A DNA stretch of 64,000 bases from NCBI GenBank assembly GCA_002423485.1, contig DIWH01000070.1, positions 25,429 through 89,428 on the forward strand, read 5' to 3'. The notes beneath the pieces are model-generated. The model was given only the letters and a program-made list of their open reading frames with translations, made no database searches and was not told the origin of the DNA. Positions 18,501 through 27,583 of the stretch are shown here, piece by piece (position 1 is the first letter of the stretch; the number at the start of each line of letters is the position of its first letter). The translations under genes and the position numbers were made by a program. The stretch comes from Candidatus Xenobium occultum (GTDB lineage: Bacteria > Vulcanimicrobiota > Xenobia > Xenobiales > Xenobiaceae).

Positions 18501-20005
18501 AGGCAATACTTGACCAGACGCTTGCGCACATCCAGCCGTCCAGGCTCCTGGGCCAGCACCGTGCGATACGTCTCGACCGCCTCATCCCAACGATCCAACG
18601 CGGAGTATTCCTCTGCCAGGTAGACCCGGGCCAGCAAGTCGTCCGGACGCTCCCCCAGCAAGCGCAACAACTCGCGAACGGCACCGTCGTGGTCCCCCTG
18701 TCCCCGCAGGGTCAGGCCCACCTGATACTGCAGGTCGGAGGCCTCGGGGAAAAGTTCGACCAGCCGATGCTGAAAGTCCATCGCGGCGCTCTCGTCCCCG
18801 GCGTCCTGATACAGCCGCACCACCTGCTGGAACTCGGTCAGGGCCTCCGAGTTCATGTCCTTCTTCCGGTAGACCTCCCCCATCAGCTTGCGAGCTTCGA
18901 TGTTCCCGGGGTCCAGTTCCAGGAGCTTGCGGGCAACCGGCAGTGCCTCTTCGATCATGCCCCGTTCCAGATGCGACCGGGCCAGAGCCAACTGCTGTTC
19001 GCCGGCCTCTGCGGTCATGCCACGGCGCAAGAGATTCTCGACCAGGCGCAGCCGAACCGAGGTGTTCGACGGGTCCCGGGCCAGGATGTTGCGGTAGATG
19101 TCGATGACCTGGTTGCGGGCCTCCTCGTTCTGCGGGTCGCAATCCAGCAGCTTCTCATAGAAGCCGATCACCTTGTCGAGCAGGCCCTCTTCCTGATAAA
19201 TCCCGGCGAGGGTACGATAGGTCTCGACCGCCTGCTCGGTTCGCCCTTCCGAGGCGTAGATCTCGGCGAGCTTGACCAGGATGTCCTTGTTGCGGGACTC
19301 GTATTCCAAGATGCGCTCGTAGGTCCGGATGGCATCCACCATCTGCTTGCGCTGCATGTAGAGCTCGCCCGCGTTGCGGAACCAGACCACCGTCGTCTGG
19401 GGTTGCCGTCCGGCACGGATGAACACCTCGCCCAGCATCTCGTAGGCCTGGGCGGCCTCATTGGGAGCCAGGCGGACGACCTCCTGGAACTCGCCGATGG
19501 CCTCCTTGTCCTTGCTCTGAGCCATGAGGGCCCGCCCCAAGGCCATGTGGGTGTCCCATCGACCGGGGTCGATGTCCAGGCTGGACCGGAGCCAGCCTAC
19601 GGATTCGTCGTGGTCGCCTTTGTCCAGATAGAAGCGGCCGATCCGAGAAAAAATCTCGGGCTTGACCTGCGCCACCCGATTCTGGATTTCAGAAGCCTCT
19701 TCGCCGCCGAAGCCCTTCTTGCGCACGCTCTGCTCAAGGTTGACGATGATCTTGTAGCGTTCGATCGCCTGGTCGACCTCGCCTTGAGCCGCAAAGAGCT
19801 CGGCCAGGGCCATGCACTGGCTGATGACCTCGCCGTAGTCCCCCCGACGGGTGGCCGCCTCCAGGATGTGGTCTCGAAGCTGAACATCCTCCGGAGCCAG
19901 CTCCAGGGCCTGGCCATAGGCCCCCATGGCCTGATCCCAACGGCCTTGGGCGGCCAACTGGTCCCCTTGCTGGATCAGCGTGTCGATCTTCTTGCGGTCT
20001 GCCAT
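15584..20005 (-). CDS. giant cytoplasmic tetratricopeptide-repeat protein (1473 aa)
   Basis: Continuous TPR-like 34-aa repeats throughout, with no signal peptide or transmembrane segment. The C-terminal ~150 aa are homologous to the C-terminus of the adjacent 1695-aa protein (…RYNLGQVLEEEGRFNEALQAYQECYAVDIRFRDV… versus …RYNLAMLLYQNHRIQEALTELKDILAVDVAYRDV…). Confidence 0.85.
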   Translation of the reverse strand: MADRKKIDTLIQQGDQLAAQGRWDQAMGAYGQALELAPEDVQLRDHILEAATRRGDYGEVISQCMALAELFAAQGEVDQAIERYKIIVNLEQSVRKKGFGGEEASEIQNRVAQVKPEIFSRIGRFYLDKGDHDESVGWLRSSLDIDPGRWDTHMALGRALMAQSKDKEAIGEFQEVVRLAPNEAAQAYEMLGEVFIRAGRQPQTTVVWFRNAGELYMQRKQMVDAIRTYERILEYESRNKDILVKLAEIYASEGRTEQAVETYRTLAGIYQEEGLLDKVIGFYEKLLDCDPQNEEARNQVIDIYRNILARDPSNTSVRLRLVENLLRRGMTAEAGEQQLALARSHLERGMIEEALPVARKLLELDPGNIEARKLMGEVYRKKDMNSEALTEFQQVVRLYQDAGDESAAMDFQHRLVELFPEASDLQYQVGLTLRGQGDHDGAVRELLRLLGERPDDLLARVYLAEEYSALDRWDEAVETYRTVLAQEPGRLDVRKRLVKYCLESGRLEEALQEIQALPEEDFERGNLLCRLIEKELADGHLEEVEGHLDRLLDDDERKVGFRKDLIKRYLDANDLEKADAAMPLVPRSDKERNRLVTRLMEMYLNSGNLETAAELINRLPAEDPLRLSFQRRLIGSYQDTGRLEEAAAELARLPEGDESRPDFLARQISGLLTANRLSEAIREIERLPEADPARNSFMGQLIEAYLQSGDIDRAAEEVGRLSLEDEIRPRYRRRIIQAYLNANRLEDAERDIHALDPGDPEKRSFLRLLLQKFEATGQMDRLREMVLHLPDDMDEKQQYLDGIVHNYLMSGDLAQARQEVYQMAESVSATGNHQEAERLYRELLAYHPADVEIRLRLSHEVACQGKLERAREGMLVLAGRFHSEGNATSAADIYSRLLEIDPENLNARYRLGHIWAEHGQTAQALEQFSQLAKVYLLQNLPEVAQRVLHRILELEPKDIPHRRQLIQLLTRNLRFDEATEHYRMLLGIHLDRGEIDEARLCVREIVNLQPLNLELRQRLGEMFLKTGFLEEGQKLMEELASTYKGRGDHEHVIQVFWTLSRTFEDNQQWETALEYRERVADELVEAEDWKEAQEQYLHTLEQYLVRGRKERTDPLFVKLIDGFFRHKNVPEGISRIERLEESFLDQGRKGISLIVKDRLAGIMERMEEWDRALELVEAISTRYLELGEHEQAIAYSRRAADLALNHQRVEHGLGLLFRLAELVLAYRGVEAAHPVLEEIGRRSGEEPRVLEQIGDLLFNAEHFEEARPYYDEVLRREPGCAGALSRVAIIYARQERLEEAAGVARQIFAKGLVGRIVSEYRQAVGYSPEDAGSQIKMGEFYRQMGFLEEAIQEFYRASRDPGKMLLAVNHLAMAFKEKGYRDLAIRQFLKALDQPGFMDDDLLDLRYNLGQVLEEEGRFNEALQAYQECYAVDIRFRDVSERIEVLFERLQSDSDGGNLGEYGEPADNWGREV

Positions 20006-20049
20006 GTCTTCTCCGGTCTGCGCTCAGTTGGGGTGAAAGGAGACGGGCC

Positions 20050-23000
20050 TCAGACTCCCCGTCGGGGTGGCATACGGGGGGTCTTCCCGCTGCCTCCCCC
20101 AGCGATCTCCTCCTGGAGCAGCCTCACCCACTCGTCGACGTCGCGGTAGGCGACATCGACCGCCAGGATGTCCTTGAGCTCAGTCAGGGCCTCCTGGATG
20201 CGATGGTTCTGGTACAGGAGCATCGCCAGGTTGTAACGCAACTCAAGGTAGTCCTGCTCGGCGTGTCCTTTGGTCTCCAGGCCCCGGCGGAACTGGCGGA
20301 CGGCCAGGTCCAGACCGAAGCGGGGGTTCCGGGCGAAGGCCAGCCCCAACATGTTGTAGGAACGCAATTCGTGATCCCGGTCGGAACGAGTCTTCTGGAA
20401 CTGTTCGACGGCATCCTCGACGCGATTGAGGAAGTAGCAGACCTCGCCGTAGACGAATCGGGTTGCCCAGTCCGTCGGTTCAGCCGCGATCCGCTCCTTG
20501 TACTCGCTGAGGATCCGCTCCCGAGAGGCCTCCCCCGCCTCGGGCTGAACCTCGACCAGTCGATTGAGGACCTCCGCGGCTTCCCGAGCCTTTCTCTGTT
20601 CCATGAGGAGCCGGGCGTAGCGGTCCATGGCCTCGGAATGCCCGGGATTCAGCTCGAAGACCCTTCGGAACTCGTTCAACGCCCCGGGCAGGCTGCCCAA
20701 TTTTTCGTCATACAGACGAGCCAGGCGATAGTGCAGATCGTCCCGGGTCGGGGCAACCTCCAGCGCCCGCTGCAAGACCTGGACGGCTTCACGCTCACGC
20801 CCTGAAGCTTCGTGAAGGTCGGCCAGCACCAGCAGTTGCTCGAGCACATCCTCGTGCCGCCCGGCCATCTCGTAGAACTCCAACAGGCGTCGCCGCAGGT
20901 CCAGGGACCTGGGATCGGCTTGCGTGAGGCGCCGATACAGATCGATGGCAGGGCCCGTGTCCTTGGTCTCGAGATAGAGTTCGGTCAAAGGCTGGGAATC
21001 CCTCAACGCGGCAGCCAGATCGCCACTGCGCAGATGGCAGTCCACCAAGCGACGACGAGCCTCGTGATGAGTCGGATCCTTCTCCAACACCTGCTCGAAG
21101 AGAGCGGCCGCCTCCGAGATGGCCCCCTGATCCTCGTGACGGCAACCCAACTCGAAGCGGCCCTCCAGGACCCGGTCCGAGCGTTCCAGTCTCTCGTAGA
21201 GCTCGATCAAGGCGTGGCGGTCAGCCAGGTTGTCCGGGTCCAGGGCCACCAGCTTCTCGGTGACCCCCGTGGCCTCGTTCCACATCTGGGTTTCCCGGTA
21301 TCTGTGGGCCAAAGCGCGATAATTGACCAACGCCTGGGCCACCTCGCCCTGGGTCTCATAGACCTGGGCCAGGCGTTCCTGGAAGGTCGGGTCCTCGGAG
21401 AGGGTCATCAACTGCTGGAATGCCCCGATCGCCTCCTCCACGGTCCCCCGTGCCAGGGCGATCTCGGCAAGCTGGCGGAGGTGATGGACAGCCAGGTTCT
21501 TCTGCCCCAACACCGAGAAGCGGTCGACCAGGCGACGGCGTGCCAGGAAGTGGTTGGGATCCAGGCTCAATATCGATTGAAGGATGTCGACGGCGTCGGC
21601 CTCACGATCCTTCCGGACATGAAGCTCGGCCAGTTCCAGGAAGGTCGAAGCGGCCTCCTCATACTCTGCATTCCACAGGTAGGCATCTGCCAGCCGATGC
21701 CTCAAGGCGATGGACTCCGGCTTGCGCATCAGGATCTGACGGTACTGCATCACCGCATCGTCCAACAGACCATAGCGAAGATGAATGTCAGCCAGATCGG
21801 TCCGGAGCATCAGGTTGTCCGGCGACTCCTCGACCGCGCGGCGATAGGCGCTGATCGCTGTGGTGACATCTGCTCCCCCGAGCTTCTCCCGGATCTTTCG
21901 GGCCTCCTGAATCTGCTCGTGCGGGAACTCCGACTCCACGGCCAGCGAACACAGGGATTCCGGAACAAGTGCCTCCTCGGCCGCAGGCTCAACCTCCTCC
22001 GGCTCCGAGGCGGAGGTCGGCGCCGTGGCCTCGGCTGGTTCCTCGACGGGCTCGGCAGCCGCCTCCTTCTCAGACACTGCCGGTTGAGCCTGGTCCGGGA
22101 CGCCCTCCGGAACGGATGGGGCCTGCTCCCCTGGGCCACCTACGGTGGCCTCGACCTCAGAACTGGCAGTCTGCGGTGGGGTCCCTGGCTCAGGTGCCGC
22201 CGCCTGTTCGGTGACTGGCTCCGGATGGTCTTCTGGAGCCGGGCCGGCCAGGAGCTCCTCCTGGCCGGACTCGCCGGACAGCGTTTCGTCCAAAGCCGGA
22301 CCCGCGAACAGGTCCTCCTCGGAAGCTGGGCCTGCGAAGAGTTCATCCTCGAGCGATCCGGCAGGCAAAGGCTCCTGGGAGGCCGGTCCCGCGAAGAGAT
22401 CCTCCTCCGAGGCCTCCGGACCCGCGAAGAGGTCCGCATCCTCAGCGACGGCCAGAGGTTCGACCTCTGAAGCCGGCGCCTCCAGCAAGGGGTCAGAGGG
22501 CGACGGGGCCGGCTCGGAGGGCTCGGCCGGAGCCGCAGACCCTGCGGTTGGCGCCTCGACCAGCGCCGTCGCCTGTTCCTCTTCCGGCTGAACGGCCACC
22601 GGGGCGGGGGAGTCCGGGATGGGCGTCTCTTCGGCAACCGGCGAGGCCATCGGCTTCTCAACCGCCGGACGTCCCCCCTTCGTGGCTGCGGTCCTCGCCT
22701 GGCCGGGCCGCCCCCCATGAACGACTGGCCCGGTGGGCTCTGCAACCTGCGGAGCGGAAATCTTCTCGGGTGCCGGAGTCACCTGGGGCGCAGGAATCCT
22801 CTCTGGCGCAGGCGTCACGGCAGGCGGCGCCGCCTGGGACGCCCCCAGCAAAGCCTTTCGTCCACGCGCCACCGGAGGCGGTGTACCTGGGCGGACCTTC
22901 GCCGGGGTCGGGGGTTTGGGTGGGGCCTCCGCTGCAGAAGGCCGGGTCGACTGGTCTCGCTCCAAAGCCTCCTTCTCGGCCCGCATCCGGGCGATCCGGT

Positions 23001-25137
23001 CGGCCAGGGTCCCGGCGGCCGAAGGCGGACGAGCGCTGGCCGCGCTGACCGACTCCTGGGAAGGCTCCGGTGGCTCCTCCGCCCGGGCGCTGGGTCGCCG
23101 GGATTTCTGACCAGCCGCCGAGCGCATTCCTTGAAGCAGCGACCCGCCAGAGAAGTTCAGACCTCCTTTGGCACCTGCAAACCGGGAAGCGATGGGGCCA
23201 GACTTCTTCTCGGCGGGCGCCTCGGGGACCCGAGCTTCGACCTTCTTCTGGCGGACCTGACGGACCTTCTCGCCGTCCACCTCCAGCAGGGGGGTCCAGG
23301 GAAGAACCTCGGGGTCCGGGGCCTGCACGACCTGCTCGCGGATCTGCTCCAATCGGTCCGGTTGGGCCAGGAAAAGCACTGGCGGAGGCACCTGGAGTTC
23401 TCCAGGCTCTGCCTGGACCACCACGACCGGGCGAACAACGGTGACACGCGGCGGCGCGGAAACCGCGGCGGCCTGCTCCGACAGCGGCTCGGCCTCCAAA
23501 GAGTCTGAATCAAGTCGTGGAACCGAGGACTCGGGCCCCTCCTCTGGGGTGGGAACGGGCTCCAAGGACTGGGGCTCAATTTCGGGGGGCGGTTCCTCGA
23601 GCGGGGGCGGCTCTTCAGCCGGAAACTCCACGACAGGGTCCGCCACTGGCGGCGCCTCCTGTGCGATTTCGGGAACGGCGGCCGCCGTCTCCTCGAGGAC
23701 CTCCTCTGGAAGCTCCTCGGCCACCTCTTCCGCGGGCTGACGCCGGCGCAGCGTCCTCTTGCCGCCCAGAACAGGCTTCTCGGCTCCAGGCAACCCCAGC
23801 CCCGGCTTCATCAGCCCTGGCCTGGGGCCCGCCCCGCCTCGACCAAGAACCGGCTTCTCCGTCCCAGCAGCGACCAGCCCGGCCTTGCCGCCGACCTTGC
23901 GCGTCAACCCCCGAGAACCGGCCCCCTCCTTGCGGACCAGGCCCTTCCGGACGCGTTCGTCGGTCTCCGGTGCGGCATCCGGCGATTCCAGCCCCTTGCG
24001 ACGCTTCTTCCCGACCTGGATGGACTCTCCAGAGCCAGACCTGGCGGTCTGCCCCGAGCGTTTGGAACGGGCCGGTTCGGGGGCCGGCGCCGGTTGCGCT
24101 GCAACGGCAAAGTCCCCGGGATCCGGCGTGAGGGGCGCACCGAGATTGGTCAACTCGCGGCAAGCCGTGGGATTGGTGGGGTCCAGCGCCAGAACGCGCT
24201 GGTAGAGCTTGACGGCACGGGGATGGTCTTCCAACTGCTGCCAGGCGTGTGCCGCGGCCAGATAGTGCTTGACGGCTTCGGCCGAAATTCCTTGAGCCTG
24301 GTAGAGTTCCCCAAGACGCTCCTTGGCGGAGTTCTCATGAGGATTGATGGTCAGAATCTTGTTGAAGGCGAGGATGGCATCGCGGAACTGACCCTTCTTC
24401 TGGCAGACATCGCCCAAGGCCAGCAAGGCCTCCTCATGATTGAGGTCGTGCCGAAGGATCGCACGGAATTCCTGTTCCGCCTCGTTGAAGCGGCCCAAGG
24501 TGACGAAGAGCTTGCCAAGAGTGAAGAAGACGCCAGGATCGTCAGGGACGATCACCTTCATCCGCCGATAGGCCTCCGCAGCCTTCTCGACCTGCCCCTT
24601 CTGCTGGAAGGCCGACGCGACCCGGCGGTACTGTGCTGCGCCTTCCTCGATGTGGCCGTGGCTCACGAACATCTCGGCGAGTTCAAGCCCGATCTCGAGG
24701 TTGTCTGGATCGGATTCCTGAGCACTCTTCAGCAGCGAAATGGACTGGTCGCCCTGGCCCAGTTCGATGTAAAGGCGAGCCAATTCACGCGAGCGGCGGA
24801 CGACCTCGGCATGATCCCCCTTCTTGCGAAGAATCTGGATGACCCGCATCCGCGCGGCGTCAGACTCCGGGTCCAGCCGCTGGATCCAGCCGGCGACCTC
24901 AATCGCGGGGTCCAGCTCCGACCGCGCCTCAAGGATGTCCATCAGACGGAAGTAGGTCTGAACGACCGACTTGATCATCCCTCGGACCGCGTAAGCATGC
25001 GCTCGCTTCTCGCATGCCTTCGCGTTCTCAGGATCAAGTTCCAGGACCCTCTTGAGCTTCTCCAGGGCGGCATCCCAGTCGCGCTCCTCGATCAGCGACT
25101 CGGCCTCCCGCATCAAATCCCGGACGTCATCGGCCAC
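20050..25137 (-). CDS. giant cytoplasmic tetratricopeptide-repeat protein (1695 aa) with a ~650-aa disordered Pro/Glu/Ala-rich insert
   Basis: TPR arrays occupy roughly residues 1-330 and 1010-1695. The central low-complexity region contains five [ED]-[ED]-L-F-A-G-P motifs and EKPVLG repeats. It is paralogous to 15584-20005. Confidence 0.85.
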   Translation of the reverse strand: MADDVRDLMREAESLIEERDWDAALEKLKRVLELDPENAKACEKRAHAYAVRGMIKSVVQTYFRLMDILEARSELDPAIEVAGWIQRLDPESDAARMRVIQILRKKGDHAEVVRRSRELARLYIELGQGDQSISLLKSAQESDPDNLEIGLELAEMFVSHGHIEEGAAQYRRVASAFQQKGQVEKAAEAYRRMKVIVPDDPGVFFTLGKLFVTLGRFNEAEQEFRAILRHDLNHEEALLALGDVCQKKGQFRDAILAFNKILTINPHENSAKERLGELYQAQGISAEAVKHYLAAAHAWQQLEDHPRAVKLYQRVLALDPTNPTACRELTNLGAPLTPDPGDFAVAAQPAPAPEPARSKRSGQTARSGSGESIQVGKKRRKGLESPDAAPETDERVRKGLVRKEGAGSRGLTRKVGGKAGLVAAGTEKPVLGRGGAGPRPGLMKPGLGLPGAEKPVLGGKRTLRRRQPAEEVAEELPEEVLEETAAAVPEIAQEAPPVADPVVEFPAEEPPPLEEPPPEIEPQSLEPVPTPEEGPESSVPRLDSDSLEAEPLSEQAAAVSAPPRVTVVRPVVVVQAEPGELQVPPPVLFLAQPDRLEQIREQVVQAPDPEVLPWTPLLEVDGEKVRQVRQKKVEARVPEAPAEKKSGPIASRFAGAKGGLNFSGGSLLQGMRSAAGQKSRRPSARAEEPPEPSQESVSAASARPPSAAGTLADRIARMRAEKEALERDQSTRPSAAEAPPKPPTPAKVRPGTPPPVARGRKALLGASQAAPPAVTPAPERIPAPQVTPAPEKISAPQVAEPTGPVVHGGRPGQARTAATKGGRPAVEKPMASPVAEETPIPDSPAPVAVQPEEEQATALVEAPTAGSAAPAEPSEPAPSPSDPLLEAPASEVEPLAVAEDADLFAGPEASEEDLFAGPASQEPLPAGSLEDELFAGPASEEDLFAGPALDETLSGESGQEELLAGPAPEDHPEPVTEQAAAPEPGTPPQTASSEVEATVGGPGEQAPSVPEGVPDQAQPAVSEKEAAAEPVEEPAEATAPTSASEPEEVEPAAEEALVPESLCSLAVESEFPHEQIQEARKIREKLGGADVTTAISAYRRAVEESPDNLMLRTDLADIHLRYGLLDDAVMQYRQILMRKPESIALRHRLADAYLWNAEYEEAASTFLELAELHVRKDREADAVDILQSILSLDPNHFLARRRLVDRFSVLGQKNLAVHHLRQLAEIALARGTVEEAIGAFQQLMTLSEDPTFQERLAQVYETQGEVAQALVNYRALAHRYRETQMWNEATGVTEKLVALDPDNLADRHALIELYERLERSDRVLEGRFELGCRHEDQGAISEAAALFEQVLEKDPTHHEARRRLVDCHLRSGDLAAALRDSQPLTELYLETKDTGPAIDLYRRLTQADPRSLDLRRRLLEFYEMAGRHEDVLEQLLVLADLHEASGREREAVQVLQRALEVAPTRDDLHYRLARLYDEKLGSLPGALNEFRRVFELNPGHSEAMDRYARLLMEQRKAREAAEVLNRLVEVQPEAGEASRERILSEYKERIAAEPTDWATRFVYGEVCYFLNRVEDAVEQFQKTRSDRDHELRSYNMLGLAFARNPRFGLDLAVRQFRRGLETKGHAEQDYLELRYNLAMLLYQNHRIQEALTELKDILAVDVAYRDVDEWVRLLQEEIAGGGSGKTPRMPPRRGV

Positions 25138-25477
25138 TTGCGTTCACACCACTTTCTGGGGCCCGGTAGCACGTCGCTGCCACAGGGTCACAAAACAAAT
25201 CCCCGACTGCCCGCTCCAATTCGGAGGGGCCTGAGAAAACCTGCCCTTTCGACAAACCGGGAAGGTCCCAGGAACCAAGAACCCTGGAACCCGTGCCCCG
25301 CCCCGCCGGGTTCCATCAGGCCACAATCCACGTCCCGGGCCCCGTCGACCGGGGACAGATCTGCCCCTGCGCCGAGAAGACAGGCTTTGACTTTCAGACT
25401 GTTCGGTTCCCCAGGACCGACCTCCTCCCCTGCGAGGAGTGACCGGGAAGCAGAGTTCCAACGGATCTCTTGCGGCT

Positions 25478-25517
25478 CTGAAGAACGCAGGAGGGCGGTG
25501 CCGAAGCACCGCCCTCC
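25478..25517 (-). terminator. Rho-independent terminator after pilQ
   Basis: Perfect 12-bp stem GGAGGGCGGTGC / GCACCGCCCTCC with a UUCG tetraloop (25490-25517), starting 24 nt after the pilQ stop. It is followed on the minus strand by UGCGUUCUUCAG. Confidence 0.6.
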
Positions 25518-25540
25518 TGGGAAGCGGCCTGACTCGAGGC

Positions 25541-27583
25541 CTACTTCATGATGTGCGGGGTCATCATCAAGATCACTTCGTTGCGATCCGCCGAATCGGT
25601 CACCGAACGGAACAATGGACCGAAAATCGGGAGGTCGCCCAGAAGCGGGATCTTGCTGACACTGTGACGCTGGCTCTCCGAAATGAGGCCGCCCAGCACG
25701 ATCGTGTCGCCATCCTTGACGCGCATCGTCGAAGTGACGGTGCGGACCGTCGTCCGTGGGTACTGGTTGTTCACGAGGTCCACCAGGTTGGAGACCTCTG
25801 GCTTGACCTCGGCCACGATGTAGCCGTCCGCCTTCACCTGGGGCTTGACCTCCAGGGTCACACCGATGTTGACGTAGGTGACCTGGAACTGACCGGCGCG
25901 CGGGTCAAAGAACACGATGGGGAACTTGTCGCCCACGTGAATCCTCGCCTCGCCACCAGACTGGGTGGCAACCCTGGGTGAAGCCAGGATCTTGGCTTCG
26001 CCGTTGGTGATCAAGAAGGCCAGGGTCGTCTGGACCACAAAGGGCGTGCGCCCGAAAGGTCCGATGGCCAGGCCGGCCATTTCGGCCAGGTCGATCTGGT
26101 CGTTGGTGATCGAGCCGGCCGCTGGAACCAGGGCCGGAACGATCTCGCCAAACGTGGTCTGGAAGGAACCCGGTGCGTTGGGAGCGCCCCAAGTGACGCC
26201 GAGGTTCTTTCCACCGCTCTCTGTCAGGTCGACGACCTTGACATCCAGCATGACCTGATCCTGGGGCCGGTCGATGGTCGCGAGCAGTTCCTGCAACGCT
26301 TCGATCGAGGCATCCGAGCCCTCGACGATCAGCAGGTTGAGCCGCTCGTCCGCGTTGTATTCCAGGTCCGGAACCAAGGTCTTGGCCAGGGCCTGAACGT
26401 CACGCAGTTCGCCGTATTTGACGGGGATGAACTCACGCCGGGCCGCGGGCGGGGGTTCAGGAACCTGATCCAGGCCGGGAATGGAGGCCTTGATCTGGCG
26501 CAGTTCGTCCCGAGTCGCCTTGGCAAAGAAGCCGTTCAGCGTCGGGTGCTGGGTGAACTCGACGTCGGGGTACTGAAGCTTCAGGAACTCCGTCACCTTG
26601 GCGGCCGGAGCCACTTCCAGCAAGAATTCCTGAGAAATCAGGTCGCGACGCGAGGCGGCCGACTTGGTCCGCGGGGTGAGGATGTCATCGGCAACCTGGG
26701 CCAACTTCTCGGGACTGGCCACCACGATGGTCCCGTCCACGATCTTGTAGCTGTAGTCGTTCTCCTGCATCTTCAGGATCAACGCCAGGGCGCCTTCAGG
26801 CTGGACCTTGTTCAGGGTGACGGTGACCGTCCCCATCACGTTGGGAGCAACGAAGACGTTCCGGCCCATCTCCTGGGCCAGAGCCTTGATGACAAAGACC
26901 AGGTCTGCATTGACGAAATCGATGGAGACGGTCTTGGGAGCCGGCGCAGGCCGGGGACGAGGCGCCTGGGCCCTCAGGGCCGAGGCCGATGAAGTCGGCG
27001 TCCGGGTCACGGACGCGGGGGTCGCAGGACGAGACTGCGCCTTGGCCTGGGGTGCAGGCTTCGGAGCGGGAGCGGTCTGAGCGACCGGCTTGTGAACGGG
27101 AACCGGACGAGTGGCTTCCACACTGGGAACTGCCGGGGCTTTCGTGACTTTCGCCTCGGCAATCTGAGATGTGGAAACGGCCACCGTCAAGCCACGCCGC
27201 TCGGGCGCCGGGCTGACCTGAAGTTGCGGCTGCGAGATCACGTCCAGGTAGACGCGAACCGTGTCCGGCGTGTACTGGGCCAAGCGAACCTTCTCCACCA
27301 GGCCCCGGTTGACATCCGTCTGGGCACGGGCTCCGCTTCCGAGAACCGCCGGCCACACGTCGATGACTACCATCTGCCGCGGCTCGGCGAGCCGCTTGGA
27401 ACGGAAGCTCACCGGGGCCGTGGCCTGGACGTCCACCTTCAGCGTTCCAGTGCCGTCGGTAATCTTGACTCCACTCACGGTCGCGCTGGCAGCCTGGGCC
27501 GTCGTGGTCGCAGGCAGCAACAGTCCTACGGCCAGAAGGCACGCGAGCAGAAGCTTCCAGCTTCTAGGCTTCGACAAGAGCAT
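25541..27583 (-). CDS. pilQ: type IV pilus secretin
   Basis: Signal peptide, N-terminal AMIN-like region, an Ala/Pro-rich linker, secretin-N and C-terminal secretin domains (IPLLGDLPIFGPLFRS...MMTPHI). Confidence 0.9.
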   Translation of the reverse strand: MLLSKPRSWKLLLACLLAVGLLLPATTTAQAASATVSGVKITDGTGTLKVDVQATAPVSFRSKRLAEPRQMVVIDVWPAVLGSGARAQTDVNRGLVEKVRLAQYTPDTVRVYLDVISQPQLQVSPAPERRGLTVAVSTSQIAEAKVTKAPAVPSVEATRPVPVHKPVAQTAPAPKPAPQAKAQSRPATPASVTRTPTSSASALRAQAPRPRPAPAPKTVSIDFVNADLVFVIKALAQEMGRNVFVAPNVMGTVTVTLNKVQPEGALALILKMQENDYSYKIVDGTIVVASPEKLAQVADDILTPRTKSAASRRDLISQEFLLEVAPAAKVTEFLKLQYPDVEFTQHPTLNGFFAKATRDELRQIKASIPGLDQVPEPPPAARREFIPVKYGELRDVQALAKTLVPDLEYNADERLNLLIVEGSDASIEALQELLATIDRPQDQVMLDVKVVDLTESGGKNLGVTWGAPNAPGSFQTTFGEIVPALVPAAGSITNDQIDLAEMAGLAIGPFGRTPFVVQTTLAFLITNGEAKILASPRVATQSGGEARIHVGDKFPIVFFDPRAGQFQVTYVNIGVTLEVKPQVKADGYIVAEVKPEVSNLVDLVNNQYPRTTVRTVTSTMRVKDGDTIVLGGLISESQRHSVSKIPLLGDLPIFGPLFRSVTDSADRNEVILMMTPHIMK

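Noticed and set aside
15896-20149. 1417-aa plus-strand ORF
   Set aside because: Antisense to the 1473-aa TPR gene. The protein is low-complexity (G/L/V/Q/D-rich) with no domain. Such stop-free antisense frames are expected at ~68% GC. The sense-strand TPR product is clearly repetitive and structured.
20812-25551. 552-aa and 485-aa plus-strand ORFs (20812-22470, 24094-25551) and further long ORFs antisense to the 1695-aa TPR gene
   Set aside because: Shadow ORFs of the TPR gene with no motifs.
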